The notes beneath the pieces are model-generated. The model did no database searches. It saw only the letters and a program-made list of their open reading frames with translations, and was not told the DNA's origin. The position numbers were made by a program, and so were the translations under genes. From Capsulimonadaceae bacterium (GTDB taxonomy: Bacteria; Armatimonadota; Armatimonadia; Armatimonadales; Capsulimonadaceae), in NCBI GenBank assembly GCA_965215505.1, contig OZ244065.1, positions 1,280,001-1,344,000 of the forward strand: DNA of 64,000 nucleotides, given 5' to 3'. The first letter of the stretch is position 1. Every line of letters begins with the position of its first letter. This document shows positions 9,777-19,303 of the stretch, piece after piece.

Positions 9777-9791
9777 TGCGTCTAGCTCATC

Positions 9792-11306
9792 TCACGCCTT
9801 GGGGGCTTTGGTGACGGTGATGCGGTCTATCTCTTTGCCCGCCTCGTCCACCTGCGTCATGGTCAGGGTCGGGCCGTTCAGGTCGAAGACGGTCAGGGAG
9901 TGGGCGGAGGAGTGGAAGCGGGCGTTGTAGGCGGCATTGCCGTCCTCGGGGTGGAGCCACTTGGCCGGGTCTTCGTCCTGATCGGGGTCGTAAAGCTCCT
10001 TGCCGCCCGCACCTGTGGTGATGTAGAGGATGCCGTCGGGGCGTGTCGCCTGCTTGCCCTCGAAAACCCTGTCTACGGTGAAGACGCCGGGGATGAGCCG
10101 GTGGGCACCGTGGTCCGGGGTGGCGTTGCTCTCGTCGGCCGGCTTGAAGCGCAGGGGCATGGTGCGCTGGTAGACGTGTTCGTGGCCATGCAGGCAGAAG
10201 TCAACGCCGAGCCGCTCGAAGAGCGGGGACAGGACGCGCATGTGCTGCTCGGCGTAGTGCTTGTCGCCGACATTAAAGGCCGGGTGGTGGTAGACGACGA
10301 ACTTCCACACGGCGTCGGTGTGGGTCAGGTCGTCCGTGATGAACCGGCGCAGGGTGGGCAATGTCGGGTCAACGTAGTCGTTCGAGTCGAGGCACAGGAA
10401 GTGGGCGTCGCCGTAGTCGAACGAGTAGTTCGCCATGTCCGGGAAGCGGCTGCCAGCCGCCGACTTGAACTCGGCGAGCAGCGGCGCGGCCCCGAGCAGC
10501 GGGGTCGGGCTGGGCGCGGCGGGTCCGTTACGGGGCAGGTGCAGGGCCGTGTAGTAGGCGAGCGAGTCGCGCGCCTCATCGAAGTCGGCGGCGGGGAGGT
10601 GGCCCGTTCCTTTGTGGGGGACGTCGTGGTTCGCGATCACGGAATAGAACGGGACGGACCGCAGGAGGGGTGCGCCGACGGCGGGGTCGAGCTTGTCGGC
10701 ATTGTAGACGGGGAAGAAGAACTGCTCGTACTCGCTGGCCCGGCCTTTCTCGTAGACATTGTCGCCCGTGTTCATGATGAAGTCGGGCCGCGCCTGATAG
10801 GCGTAGTAAGCGACGGCCTTCTCGCCGGGGTCGCCATAGGCGTTGTCGCCGAACGCGACGAACCGGGTACGCTCCCCGCGCTTCTTGCGGGTCGTGAAAA
10901 AGCCCTCGGCGACCGTCCGCCCCCCGCCGCGCAGGCGGTAGAAGCACTGGCGGCTCAGGGGCAGCCCGGCCAGGGTGACGGCGTACCCGAAGCGGTTTGT
11001 GCCGTCTTCATAGGCGCGCTCGGTCCGGGCCGGGGCGGCCGTCTTGCCGTACTTCTTGGTCGGACCATAGTCCAGGACGAAGTCGGCGGGCGTGCCCTCC
11101 GTCTGCCAGGCGATGATGACCGATTCCTGGTCTTCGATGAGTCGCGAGGACGGGCCGGGCTGGACGTAGGGCAGGGCCGTGAAGCGGGGCAGCCCGGCCC
11201 CCGCGACGCCGGGCGCGGCGAACAGGCCGCCCCCGACGGGCACGAGGAGCAGGAACGTCACACCCCCGGCGGAGTGCAGGAACTGGCGTCGCGTGAGTTC
11301 TGTCAT
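9792..11306 (-). CDS. Tat-exported purple acid phosphatase-type metallophosphoesterase
   Basis: TRRQFL Tat motif; AFGD, TGDNVY, ANHD, YHHP, GHEH metal motifs. Confidence 0.9.
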   Translation of the reverse strand: MTELTRRQFLHSAGGVTFLLLVPVGGGLFAAPGVAGAGLPRFTALPYVQPGPSSRLIEDQESVIIAWQTEGTPADFVLDYGPTKKYGKTAAPARTERAYEDGTNRFGYAVTLAGLPLSRQCFYRLRGGGRTVAEGFFTTRKKRGERTRFVAFGDNAYGDPGEKAVAYYAYQARPDFIMNTGDNVYEKGRASEYEQFFFPVYNADKLDPAVGAPLLRSVPFYSVIANHDVPHKGTGHLPAADFDEARDSLAYYTALHLPRNGPAAPSPTPLLGAAPLLAEFKSAAGSRFPDMANYSFDYGDAHFLCLDSNDYVDPTLPTLRRFITDDLTHTDAVWKFVVYHHPAFNVGDKHYAEQHMRVLSPLFERLGVDFCLHGHEHVYQRTMPLRFKPADESNATPDHGAHRLIPGVFTVDRVFEGKQATRPDGILYITTGAGGKELYDPDQDEDPAKWLHPEDGNAAYNARFHSSAHSLTVFDLNGPTLTMTQVDEAGKEIDRITVTKAPKA

Positions 11307-11311
11307 GGGTG

Positions 11312-12295
11312 TTAGGGAGCCTTGTACTGCTGGAGGTAACTGCCGGTGGCGTCGGTGTAGGAGATCCAGACGGCGTGGGTGGCGGGGTCCACGGCCAGCG
11401 TGTGCGACTTGGGATGGGTCGAGACGGTGCCGAGCAGGGTCAGGCCCGTGTCCGTTTCGCCCACCACGGAGATGCCCCCGGCGTCGCCGCAGGCGCAGTA
11501 GAGGCGCTTCCTGTCCGGGTCGAAGGCGATCTGGTCCACATAGCCGGGGGCGATGGCGACCGACCCCAGCACCTTGCCGGTCTTCCGGTCCAGCATGACG
11601 ACCATGCCCTGGCCGGCCGCGAACACGCGGCCCATCTTGGCGTCAATCGCCAGGCCGTGCGGCGAGGTCATCGGCGCGGTCGGCCAGCTCGCCTCGACGG
11701 CCCCGGTGGCGGGGACGATGACCTGGGTGACGTTGGCGGGCTTGATGTTCTGATACAGCCGGTCCGTACCCGCATCGTAAGCGACATACTCGGGTGCCCC
11801 GGCGATGGCGACCGAGCCTGTAAGGGCGTTGGTCTTGGCGTTGACGACCCAATCCTCGGCCCCGTCGTCGTGGCAGACATAAAGGGTGTCGGTCTTGGGG
11901 TCTAGAACGATGTCATCGCCCGGCCCGGACAGGGCGACCTCGCCGGTCTTTTCTAATGTGGCATTGTCGAAGACGACCAGCTTCTGGCCGCTGCCCGCCG
12001 TGAACAGCTTGTTGTCGGCCTCGTCCACGGCGATGCCGTTGACGGCGACACCGGTCGGCACCTGGGTCAGCGCGTTCTTCTGAAGGTCCAGCACGGCCAG
12101 CGTCTTGGTGCCAGGGTGCGAGGCCAGCAGACGGTGCCGGGGCGCATCCACCAGCATCCAGTCCCAGCCTCCCGGCCCGCCGGGGACCGCGACGGCGGCC
12201 TGCGGGGTCAGCAGGGGCTTGTCGGCAGCCAGCGCGGGCAGCGCGGCGAGGGTGGGCAGAAGGGCCGCGCTGACCGCTAATCGTTGAAACTTCAT
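11312..12295 (-). CDS. exported YncE/YVTN-like beta-propeller protein
   Basis: Signal peptide; repeated (I/L)AxDxxxxRL(Y/F) blades; GGWDW. Confidence 0.8.
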   Translation of the reverse strand: MKFQRLAVSAALLPTLAALPALAADKPLLTPQAAVAVPGGPGGWDWMLVDAPRHRLLASHPGTKTLAVLDLQKNALTQVPTGVAVNGIAVDEADNKLFTAGSGQKLVVFDNATLEKTGEVALSGPGDDIVLDPKTDTLYVCHDDGAEDWVVNAKTNALTGSVAIAGAPEYVAYDAGTDRLYQNIKPANVTQVIVPATGAVEASWPTAPMTSPHGLAIDAKMGRVFAAGQGMVVMLDRKTGKVLGSVAIAPGYVDQIAFDPDRKRLYCACGDAGGISVVGETDTGLTLLGTVSTHPKSHTLAVDPATHAVWISYTDATGSYLQQYKAP

Positions 12296-12333
12296 CGTTG
12301 TTCCTTCATGGTCGGAGTATCATCGGGGGACTA

Positions 12334-12492
12334 TTAGCCAGCGTTTCCCTGCGCCTGATCGCGCCTCTGCCGGTTTGATAGTCCGTCTGGGGACTGCATC
12401 GCCTTCTGGCTTTTCCCGCATCCCGCCAGGATCGGCAGCAGGACGCTGGAGACGAGTGCCAGAGCAATGACACGGAGGAAGCCAGGTTTCAT
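12334..12492 (-). CDS. small lipoprotein
   Basis: Hydrophobic leader with lipobox LAGC; 52 aa; AGGA upstream. Confidence 0.7.
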   Translation of the reverse strand: MKPGFLRVIALALVSSVLLPILAGCGKSQKAMQSPDGLSNRQRRDQAQGNAG

Positions 12493-12567
12493 GTGTTCGG
12501 TTCCTGAAGACACAGGTGACAGAGGCCGACCCCAGCCCATGCGGGGCCGGACCGAGGCGCTGCTGGA

Positions 12568-13458
12568 CTACGGCAAGGGGGCCGAGTTGGTGTAAAGGTC
12601 AGCCGCGACCTGCGCGCAGGGCTTGGTCGGATCAGGAATCGGATAGCCGCCCGCCCCGCCTTTGACATTGGTGTAGTCACCGACGAAGTTCGGGTCGAAG
12701 CACCACTTGGGGGCATTTGCCGGGTCCACGGGGAGAACCATCACGCTGCCTTTCACCGTAGCCATTCGCATCCTGATCGGCTTCACATGGCCGTCCACGA
12801 AGCCCATGTTTTCCAGGCCGTCGTGCCGCAGTGCTGCCGTACTCTTGAAGCGACCGCTCGCATTGTCCAGTGCGACCGAGAGGTTGTCCCATGTGTCGCC
12901 GAACGCGACCAGCTCGGCGGGACTGGCGATCTGCGCGATGCTGCGGCCGGGCCGGAGGGTCTTACCGTTGGCGTCCTGCGTCTGTGGACCGATCAGTCCG
13001 TATCCGCCGTCGCTGATCAGGCCGTCGTTATACCCGTAGCCGATGCACTGGCCAGTCGCATTGAAGTTGTCGAAACAGCCGCCCACGTCGAGGCCCCCCG
13101 CCGCCTTGCCGGAGCCGTTCCCCTGGGTCGCCATCGCGTCATTGCGGTCGGGACACAGGAACACATTGACACTCTTCATGTAAGGCTGGAGGATGACGAA
13201 ATAGTCGGGGGTGTAGCCGGAGCCATCGAGGCCGCCCGGCTGCTTCTGTTTGGAGATCGTCGGCGTCAGCTCGTCGTAGTCCTGGTTGTATTGGGTGTAG
13301 GCCAGGCCGATCTGACGAAGGTTGCTCTCGCAAGTCGCCCGGCGTGCGTTCTCGCGGACCTTCTGGAAGACGGGGAACAGGATGGCGGCGAGAATCGCGA
13401 TGATGGCGATGACCACGAGCAGTTCAATGAGGGTAAATCCCCGGCGGCGCTGTGACAT
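12568..13458 (-). CDS. prepilin-type N-terminal cleavage/methylation protein, DUF1559 with H-X9-DG domain
   Basis: [60 protein letters not shown]. Confidence 0.92.
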   Translation of the reverse strand: MSQRRRGFTLIELLVVIAIIAILAAILFPVFQKVRENARRATCESNLRQIGLAYTQYNQDYDELTPTISKQKQPGGLDGSGYTPDYFVILQPYMKSVNVFLCPDRNDAMATQGNGSGKAAGGLDVGGCFDNFNATGQCIGYGYNDGLISDGGYGLIGPQTQDANGKTLRPGRSIAQIASPAELVAFGDTWDNLSVALDNASGRFKSTAALRHDGLENMGFVDGHVKPIRMRMATVKGSVMVLPVDPANAPKWCFDPNFVGDYTNVKGGAGGYPIPDPTKPCAQVAADLYTNSAPLP

Positions 13459-13519
13459 TCGGTGTACTTCCTTCCCGGTAAGACTGCCTATAGGATACTC
13501 AGTCGCGGCAGTCAAAAGG

Positions 13520-13559
13520 GTTAAGGCAGTGTTAAGGTTGTGTTAAATTGTTGTTAAGG
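13520..13559. promoter_or_regulatory. four 11-bp-phased direct repeats, OmpR/PhoB-type (Pho-box-like) site
   Basis: GTTAAGG 13520, GTTAAGG 13531, GTTAAAT 13542, GTTAAGG 13553. Confidence 0.65.
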
Positions 13560-13737
13560 AGACACAACGATGGTAAACGGAAACATCGCGAAAGCTCCAT
13601 AAGACCGCCCGCAGCCGCACCTCGCTGAGGGACACCGGGCGTGACTTTCATATTTCTTTTCCCGCCGCTCCTTTTGGCATACATTATGCACATTAGCAAA
13701 GACAGCAACTTTGACAGGCCAGGATCCAGCACCGACA

Positions 13738-14298
13738 ATGGAAGGCTCGACACCCATCCTCCCCCCGAACGAACACGAACGCCTCGAAGCGCTCCGCCGC
13801 TACGGCGCGTTCGGGCTGCTGCGCGCCGCCGCCTTCGACGACATCGCGCGGCTGGCCGCCTTCATCTGCCGGACGCCGATCTCTCTGATTACCCTGATCG
13901 ACACGAACCGCCAGTGGTTCCTCTCGAAAAGCGGCATCGGGGCCTGCGAAACCTCCCGCGAAGCGTCCTTCTGCGCCCACGCCCTTGTCGGGACGGAGAT
14001 GCTGATCGTCGAGGACGCCCGGACAGACGCCCGGTTCGCGCGCAACGTGATGGTGACGGGGGAGCCATTCATCCGCTTCTATGCGGGTGCCCCGCTGCTG
14101 ACCCCGGACGGCTATGCCCTGGGCACCCTCTGCGTCGTGGACTGCGTCCCGCGCACACTGACCGCAGAGCAGAAGGAGTCGCTCCAGTCGCTCGGCCGCC
14201 TGGTGATGACCCAGCTCGAAGTGACCCGGATGCGGCGCGAGCTGCACACCCTCCGGCAGTCTTTCACCCCACGCCCCGCGCCGCGCGGCGGCCTCTAG
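13738..14298 (+). CDS. stand-alone GAF domain protein
   Basis: NEHERLEALRRY, RQWFLS, SFCAHA, IRFYAGAPL, GTLCVVD. Confidence 0.9.
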   Translation: MEGSTPILPPNEHERLEALRRYGAFGLLRAAAFDDIARLAAFICRTPISLITLIDTNRQWFLSKSGIGACETSREASFCAHALVGTEMLIVEDARTDARFARNVMVTGEPFIRFYAGAPLLTPDGYALGTLCVVDCVPRTLTAEQKESLQSLGRLVMTQLEVTRMRRELHTLRQSFTPRPAPRGGL

Positions 14299-14380
14299 CC
14301 TTGTGATATGCGGCCCCGGTCGTGGTATCATTGTATTGGCCGCATTCATGCGGGACAATGCAAAACAAGGTGGAGAGAGA

Positions 14381-15517
14381 TTGACGACAGACAACAGGAC
14401 GGGCGGACCAAGAGGCGGCGGGAAGGGCAGGCCGCCCTCCGTGCTCGTGTACCAGATCGGATCGCTGGGGGACACCCTCGTTTCGATTCCCGCCTACCGC
14501 GCCGTCCGCCGGCACTTCGGCCCGCGCGCCCGGATTCAGGTGCTGCACAACGCCCCTCCAAAGGGCCGCGCCTCTCCGCATCAGGTTTTGGACGGCTCCG
14601 GCCTCGTGGACGGGGCGGTCACGTTCCAGCAGTATGCGGGGCGCAGCGGCTGGAAGACCTGGCTGGAGGTCTGGGGCAAACTGCGCCGCCTCCGCCCCGA
14701 CGCCGTGGCCTACCTCGCCCCCGCCGAAAGGACGGCACGGCAGATCGGGCGCGACCGGCTGTTCTTCCGGCTCTGCGGCGTCCCCACCCTGCTCGGCTTT
14801 GAGGCGTGCGACCTGGAGCGGCTCAACGCGCGCGGCCCGGACGGGCGGCCCCTGGCCGTCCCGCACGAGGCGGTCATGCGTCTGGAGCGTCTGGAAGGTG
14901 CCGTCGCCGGGGACCGGGTGGCGGACATGGGCGGGCCGCTCCTGCGCCTCCCGGCGGAGGAGCAGGACAAGGCACGCGCGTGGCTGGAGGAACGGCAGGC
15001 AGTTGGGACGGTGTTCGCTGCGGTCTGCCCCGGCGCAAACCAGCCGGCGAAGTTCTGGCCGATGGAGAGGTTTGAGGAGATCGGGCGGCGTCTCATCGCG
15101 CAGGGAATCGAGCCTGTGGTGATCGGGGGACCGGTCGAGAGGGCGATGGGCGATCGCCTGCTCGCAGCCTGGGGGGGCGGGATCAACGCGGCGGGCCAGT
15201 TCTCCGTCATGGAGTCGGCGGCCCTGCTGAGTCGGTGCCGTTTCCTGGTCGGGCTTGATACCGGCACCACCCATCTGGCGGCGGCGCTCGGCGTCCCATG
15301 CGTTGCCCTTTACGCGGACCGGGACCCGCCGGGGCAGTGGGAGCCTCTGGGCGAGGGGCACGTCCTGCTGCACCGCCCCGTCCCCTGCGGCGGCTGCCGC
15401 GCCTTCGACTGCCCCGTGCCGGACCACCCCTGCATGACCGGCATCAGCACCGAGCAGGTCTGGGCGGCCATCCAGCAGGTCAACGCGCGCGCCGCGCCGG
15501 CGGGCGTCGCAGGCTGA
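14381..15517 (+). CDS. glycosyltransferase family 9 (heptosyltransferase-like)
   Basis: SLGDTL, CPGA..AKFWP, DTGTTHLAAALGVP, CxxC..C...HPCM; start codon uncertain. Confidence 0.88.
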   Translation: MTTDNRTGGPRGGGKGRPPSVLVYQIGSLGDTLVSIPAYRAVRRHFGPRARIQVLHNAPPKGRASPHQVLDGSGLVDGAVTFQQYAGRSGWKTWLEVWGKLRRLRPDAVAYLAPAERTARQIGRDRLFFRLCGVPTLLGFEACDLERLNARGPDGRPLAVPHEAVMRLERLEGAVAGDRVADMGGPLLRLPAEEQDKARAWLEERQAVGTVFAAVCPGANQPAKFWPMERFEEIGRRLIAQGIEPVVIGGPVERAMGDRLLAAWGGGINAAGQFSVMESAALLSRCRFLVGLDTGTTHLAAALGVPCVALYADRDPPGQWEPLGEGHVLLHRPVPCGGCRAFDCPVPDHPCMTGISTEQVWAAIQQVNARAAPAGVAG

Positions 15518-15532
15518 GACGGCAGGCGGCCG

Positions 15533-15973
15533 TCACTGTTTCTCCACGTCTTTTCCCCCATACGACTTGTGTTCGGGCACCTTCCTGCCAGCGAGGCGGT
15601 CCGGGAGGTCGGCCACCAGGTCCGGCGGCAGCAGGGGAATGAACTTGTAATAGATGCCGACCTTGCGCGTCCGCTCGACGAGTCGCGCTTCCAGGTCCGG
15701 CTCGGTCAGGACGTGCCGCAAGGCCCGTTCGGCGACATGAAGATGGCGGGCGGCCTCGGGGATGGACAGGAGTAGGGGCGGCGCAAGCGCGTGACTCGTC
15801 AGGGCGCGCAGTTCCTGAGACTCCGCGCGCGCCTCGGCGGCCCGAGCTTTCAGGTGGGCAGCCTGATGCACTAAGGCGGAGGCGTCCTTCACGAGCGCCT
15901 TCGCCGCCGTTTGAGTTTCCTGCACGGCTTCTTTCAGCCGCTTCCGGTCTTCCCCATCGCTTTTGCCAGCCAT
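15533..15973 (-). CDS. hypothetical coiled-coil protein with possible HTH
   Basis: LLSIPEAARHLHVAERALR excisionase-like HTH pattern. Confidence 0.5.
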   Translation of the reverse strand: MAGKSDGEDRKRLKEAVQETQTAAKALVKDASALVHQAAHLKARAAEARAESQELRALTSHALAPPLLLSIPEAARHLHVAERALRHVLTEPDLEARLVERTRKVGIYYKFIPLLPPDLVADLPDRLAGRKVPEHKSYGGKDVEKQ

Positions 15974-16152
15974 ATCTTATCATACCATCGGCTTCGGCTT
16001 TTTGCTCAACTCCCGGCAACACAGGAGAAGTTTATTTCGGCACGGACCAGCGGCGGCGGGCGGGCTGTTAGAAATACGGGCGAGGAGGGTAGAAGAAGCT
16101 CAGTATGAAAGACCCGCAAGGCCGGACGGCCTCTGGGCACGAATGGGTAGAC

Positions 16153-17271
16153 ATGAGCAAACACGTCTTGATCACCGGCGGCGCGGGCTTCATCGGCTCG
16201 CACGTCGCCCGTGAGCTGCTGCGCCGGGGCTACTCGGTCCGCGCGCTGGACAACCTTTCCCCCCAGGTCCACGGGCCGGAACAGAAGCGGCCCGTGTATC
16301 TGGAGTCCGGCGTGGAGCTGATTGTGGGCGACGTGCGTGACCCGGCCACGGTGCAGAAGGCGCTCAAAGGGGTGGACGCCGTCTACCACCTTGCCGCCCT
16401 GGTCGGGGTGGGCCAGAGCATGTACGAGATCGCCCGCTACACCGACGTCAACAACTCCGGCACGGCCACACTTCTGGAAGCTTTGATAGAGAGGCCGGTC
16501 GAGAGGCTGGTCGTCGCCTCCAGCATGAGCATCTACGGCGAGGGGCTGTATCACGCGCCCGACGGGTCGCCGGTTTCGGGGACCGAGCGCGGCCTGCCCC
16601 AGCTCCAGCGCGGCGACTGGGAGGTGCGTGACGCGGCGGGCGCGGCCCTGACGCCGGTTCCGACGCCCGAGTCCAAGACGCCCTCGCTGGCCTCCGTCTA
16701 CGCGCTCTCCAAATACGACCAGGAGCGGATGTGCCTGATCGTGGGCCGGGCGTACCACATCCCCACCGTCGCCCTGCGCTTCTTCAACGTCTTCGGCACC
16801 GATCAGGCGCTCTCCAACCCCTATACCGGCGTCCTCGCCATTTTCGCCTCGCGCTACCTCAACGGGCGGCCCCCGGTCATCTTCGAGGACGGCTGCCAGC
16901 GGCGCGACTTCGTGAGCGTCCTGGATGTCGCCCGCGCCTGCCGCCTGGCCCTGGAAACGCCTGAAGCCGACGGGCAGGTCTTCAACGTCGGCAGCGGTCA
17001 GTCCTACGCCGTCGAGGAGATCGCCGCGCGCATGGCCCGGACTCTGGGCATGGAACACCTCCGGCCGGAGATCTCGGGCAAGTACCGGGCGGGCGACATC
17101 CGCCACTGTTTCGCCGACATCACGCAGGCCCGGCGGGTGCTGGGCTATGCGCCCGAGGTCACGCTCGAAGACGGGCTGCGCGAGATCGCGGGCTGGCTGG
17201 AAGGGCAGGTGGCCCAGGACCGCGTCGCCGAGGCGGGGGCGGAACTCGCGAAGCGGGGGCTGACCGTATGA
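16153..17271 (+). CDS. NAD-dependent epimerase/dehydratase (extended SDR)
   Basis: TGGAGFIG, YALSK, RFFNVFG. Confidence 0.92.
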   Translation: MSKHVLITGGAGFIGSHVARELLRRGYSVRALDNLSPQVHGPEQKRPVYLESGVELIVGDVRDPATVQKALKGVDAVYHLAALVGVGQSMYEIARYTDVNNSGTATLLEALIERPVERLVVASSMSIYGEGLYHAPDGSPVSGTERGLPQLQRGDWEVRDAAGAALTPVPTPESKTPSLASVYALSKYDQERMCLIVGRAYHIPTVALRFFNVFGTDQALSNPYTGVLAIFASRYLNGRPPVIFEDGCQRRDFVSVLDVARACRLALETPEADGQVFNVGSGQSYAVEEIAARMARTLGMEHLRPEISGKYRAGDIRHCFADITQARRVLGYAPEVTLEDGLREIAGWLEGQVAQDRVAEAGAELAKRGLTV

Positions 17272-18338
17272 ACGACCTTCAAGGCCCCGTCCTCATCACC
17301 GGCGGGGCGGGCTTCGTCGGCACGAACCTGGCCCACCGGTATCTTTCGCAGGGCGTCCCCGTGCGCGTGTACGACAACCTCTCGCGGGCGGGGGTCGAGC
17401 AGAACGCGCGGTGGCTCCGGGAGACGCACGGGAACCTGGTCGAGGTCGATGCCGCCGACGTGCGCGACGCCGCCCGGCTGCGGCGGGCCGTCCGGGGCGT
17501 CTCACGAGTCTTTCACCTCGCGGCCCAGGTGGCCGTCACGACGAGTCTGATTGACCCCGTCGAAGACTTCGAAGTCAACGCGCGTGGGACTTTGAACCTG
17601 CTGGAAGCCATCCGGGCGTGTGACGCGCCCCCGCCGCTCCTCTTCACCTCCACGAACAAGGTCTATGGGGGCCTGCCGGACGTGGGCTTGCGGGTCCGGG
17701 GCGCGCGCTACGAGCCGGAAGACGAGGCCGTCCGCGCGCGCGGCATCGGCGAGGCCCGCCCCCTCGACTTCCACTCCCCCTACGGCTGCTCGAAGGGCGC
17801 GGCGGACCAGTACGTCCTGGACTACGCCCGGACCTACGGGCTGCCGGCCGCCGTTTTACGCATGAGCTGCATCTACGGCCCGCACCAGTTCGGGACGGAG
17901 GACCAGGGCTGGGTCGCGCACTTCCTGATCCGCGCGCTGGAAGGCAGGCCGATCACGCTGTACGGGGATGGGAAACAGGTGCGGGACATCCTGTACGTCG
18001 GGGACCTGGTGAACGCCTTCGTGCTGGCCCAGGAGCAGATCGAGACGCTGTCCGGGCAGGCGTTCAACATCGGCGGCGGCGCGGCCAACACGGTCAGCCT
18101 GCTCGACCTGCTCGGGCTGATTGGCGAGGCCTACGGGCGCGCGCCCGAAGTCGGCTTTGATGACTGGCGGCCCGGCGACCAGAGGTACTACGTCTCCGAC
18201 ACGCGCAAATTCCAGGCTGCGACCGGCTGGACCGCCGAAACCGACGTCGTGGAGGGCATCGAGCGTCTGGCGCGCTGGCTGTGCGAGGCGCGCGGGCTGC
18301 TCCACCCTTCGGCGGCCCGCGCAAAGGAGTCCGCATGA
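17268..18338 (+). CDS. NAD-dependent epimerase, CDP-paratose 2-epimerase-like
   Basis: TGGAGFVG, HLAAQVAVTTS, STNKVYG, PYGCSKG, RMSCIYGPHQFGTEDQGWVAHF. Confidence 0.9.
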   Translation: MNDLQGPVLITGGAGFVGTNLAHRYLSQGVPVRVYDNLSRAGVEQNARWLRETHGNLVEVDAADVRDAARLRRAVRGVSRVFHLAAQVAVTTSLIDPVEDFEVNARGTLNLLEAIRACDAPPPLLFTSTNKVYGGLPDVGLRVRGARYEPEDEAVRARGIGEARPLDFHSPYGCSKGAADQYVLDYARTYGLPAAVLRMSCIYGPHQFGTEDQGWVAHFLIRALEGRPITLYGDGKQVRDILYVGDLVNAFVLAQEQIETLSGQAFNIGGGAANTVSLLDLLGLIGEAYGRAPEVGFDDWRPGDQRYYVSDTRKFQAATGWTAETDVVEGIERLARWLCEARGLLHPSAARAKESA

Positions 18339-19303
18339 CAGGCACGATGCGCGCCGCCGTCCTGACGGCCCCCGGCGGGATGGGCGTCCAGGAGGTTTCC
18401 ATCCCCATGCCCGGTCCGGCCGAGATCCGTGTGCGCCTGGAGGGCTGCGGCGTCTGCGCCTCCAACCTGCCGCCCTGGGAGGGCCGCGAGTGGTTCACCT
18501 ACCCGATGGAGCCGGGTGCGCTCGGCCATGAGGGCTGGGGCGTGGTGGACGCCGTCGGCAAGGACGTTTCCGGCCTCGCCGCCGGGGACCGCGTCGCCAT
18601 GCTGTCCGGCCACGCCTACGCCGAGTATGATGTGGCCGACCAGGGCGCGGTCGTCAAGCTGCCCGCGTCGCTGGCCGGGATGCCCTTCCCCGGCGAGCCG
18701 CTGGGGTGCGCCGTGAACATCTTCCGGCGCAGCGAGATAAAGCCGGGGCAGACCGTTGCCATCGTGGGTGTCGGGTTCCTGGGCGCACTGCTGGCGCGGC
18801 TGGTGACGGACGCGGGGGCGACGGTCATCGCCATCGCCCGCCGCCCGTTCGCGCAGGAAATGGCCCAGCGCATGGAGGCGGCGCACGTCCTGCCGATGGA
18901 CGACCACTGGCAGATCATCGAGCGAGTCAAGGCGCTGACCGGCGGCACGTTCTGCGACGTCGTGATCGAGGCGGTCGGCAAACAATGGCCTCTGGACCTG
19001 TCCGCCGAGCTGACCCGCGAGCGCGGGCGGCTGATCATCGCGGGCTACCATCAGGACGGCCTGCGGTCGGTCAACATGCAGCTATGGAACTGGCGCGGCC
19101 TGGACGTCATCAACGCCCACGAGCGCGACCCGCTGATGTATACCGGCGGCATCCGGCTGGCCGTAGACGCGGTGGCGGGCGGCGTCCTGGACCCGGCTCC
19201 CCTGTACACACACACGTTCCCGCTGGAACGGCTGGGCGAGGCTTTGAACGCGACGCGGGACCGGCCCGAAGGCTTTATGAAGGCTCTGGTGACGCTCTCG
19301 TGA
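18335..19303 (+). CDS. zinc-binding (MDR) dehydrogenase
   Basis: CGVCAS, GHEGWG, EPLGCA, GVGFLG. Confidence 0.88.
   Translation: MTGTMRAAVLTAPGGMGVQEVSIPMPGPAEIRVRLEGCGVCASNLPPWEGREWFTYPMEPGALGHEGWGVVDAVGKDVSGLAAGDRVAMLSGHAYAEYDVADQGAVVKLPASLAGMPFPGEPLGCAVNIFRRSEIKPGQTVAIVGVGFLGALLARLVTDAGATVIAIARRPFAQEMAQRMEAAHVLPMDDHWQIIERVKALTGGTFCDVVIEAVGKQWPLDLSAELTRERGRLIIAGYHQDGLRSVNMQLWNWRGLDVINAHERDPLMYTGGIRLAVDAVAGGVLDPAPLYTHTFPLERLGEALNATRDRPEGFMKALVTLS

Noticed and set aside
13520-13559. Short repeats as a CRISPR array or iterons
   Set aside because: 11-bp period with 4-nt gaps, no spacers, no cas or rep gene
13565-13645. Possible riboswitch (CGATG/CATCG hairpin, GCGAAAGC) upstream of the GAF gene
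   Set aside because: Could not match c-di-GMP or c-di-AMP consensus elements; needs an Rfam scan
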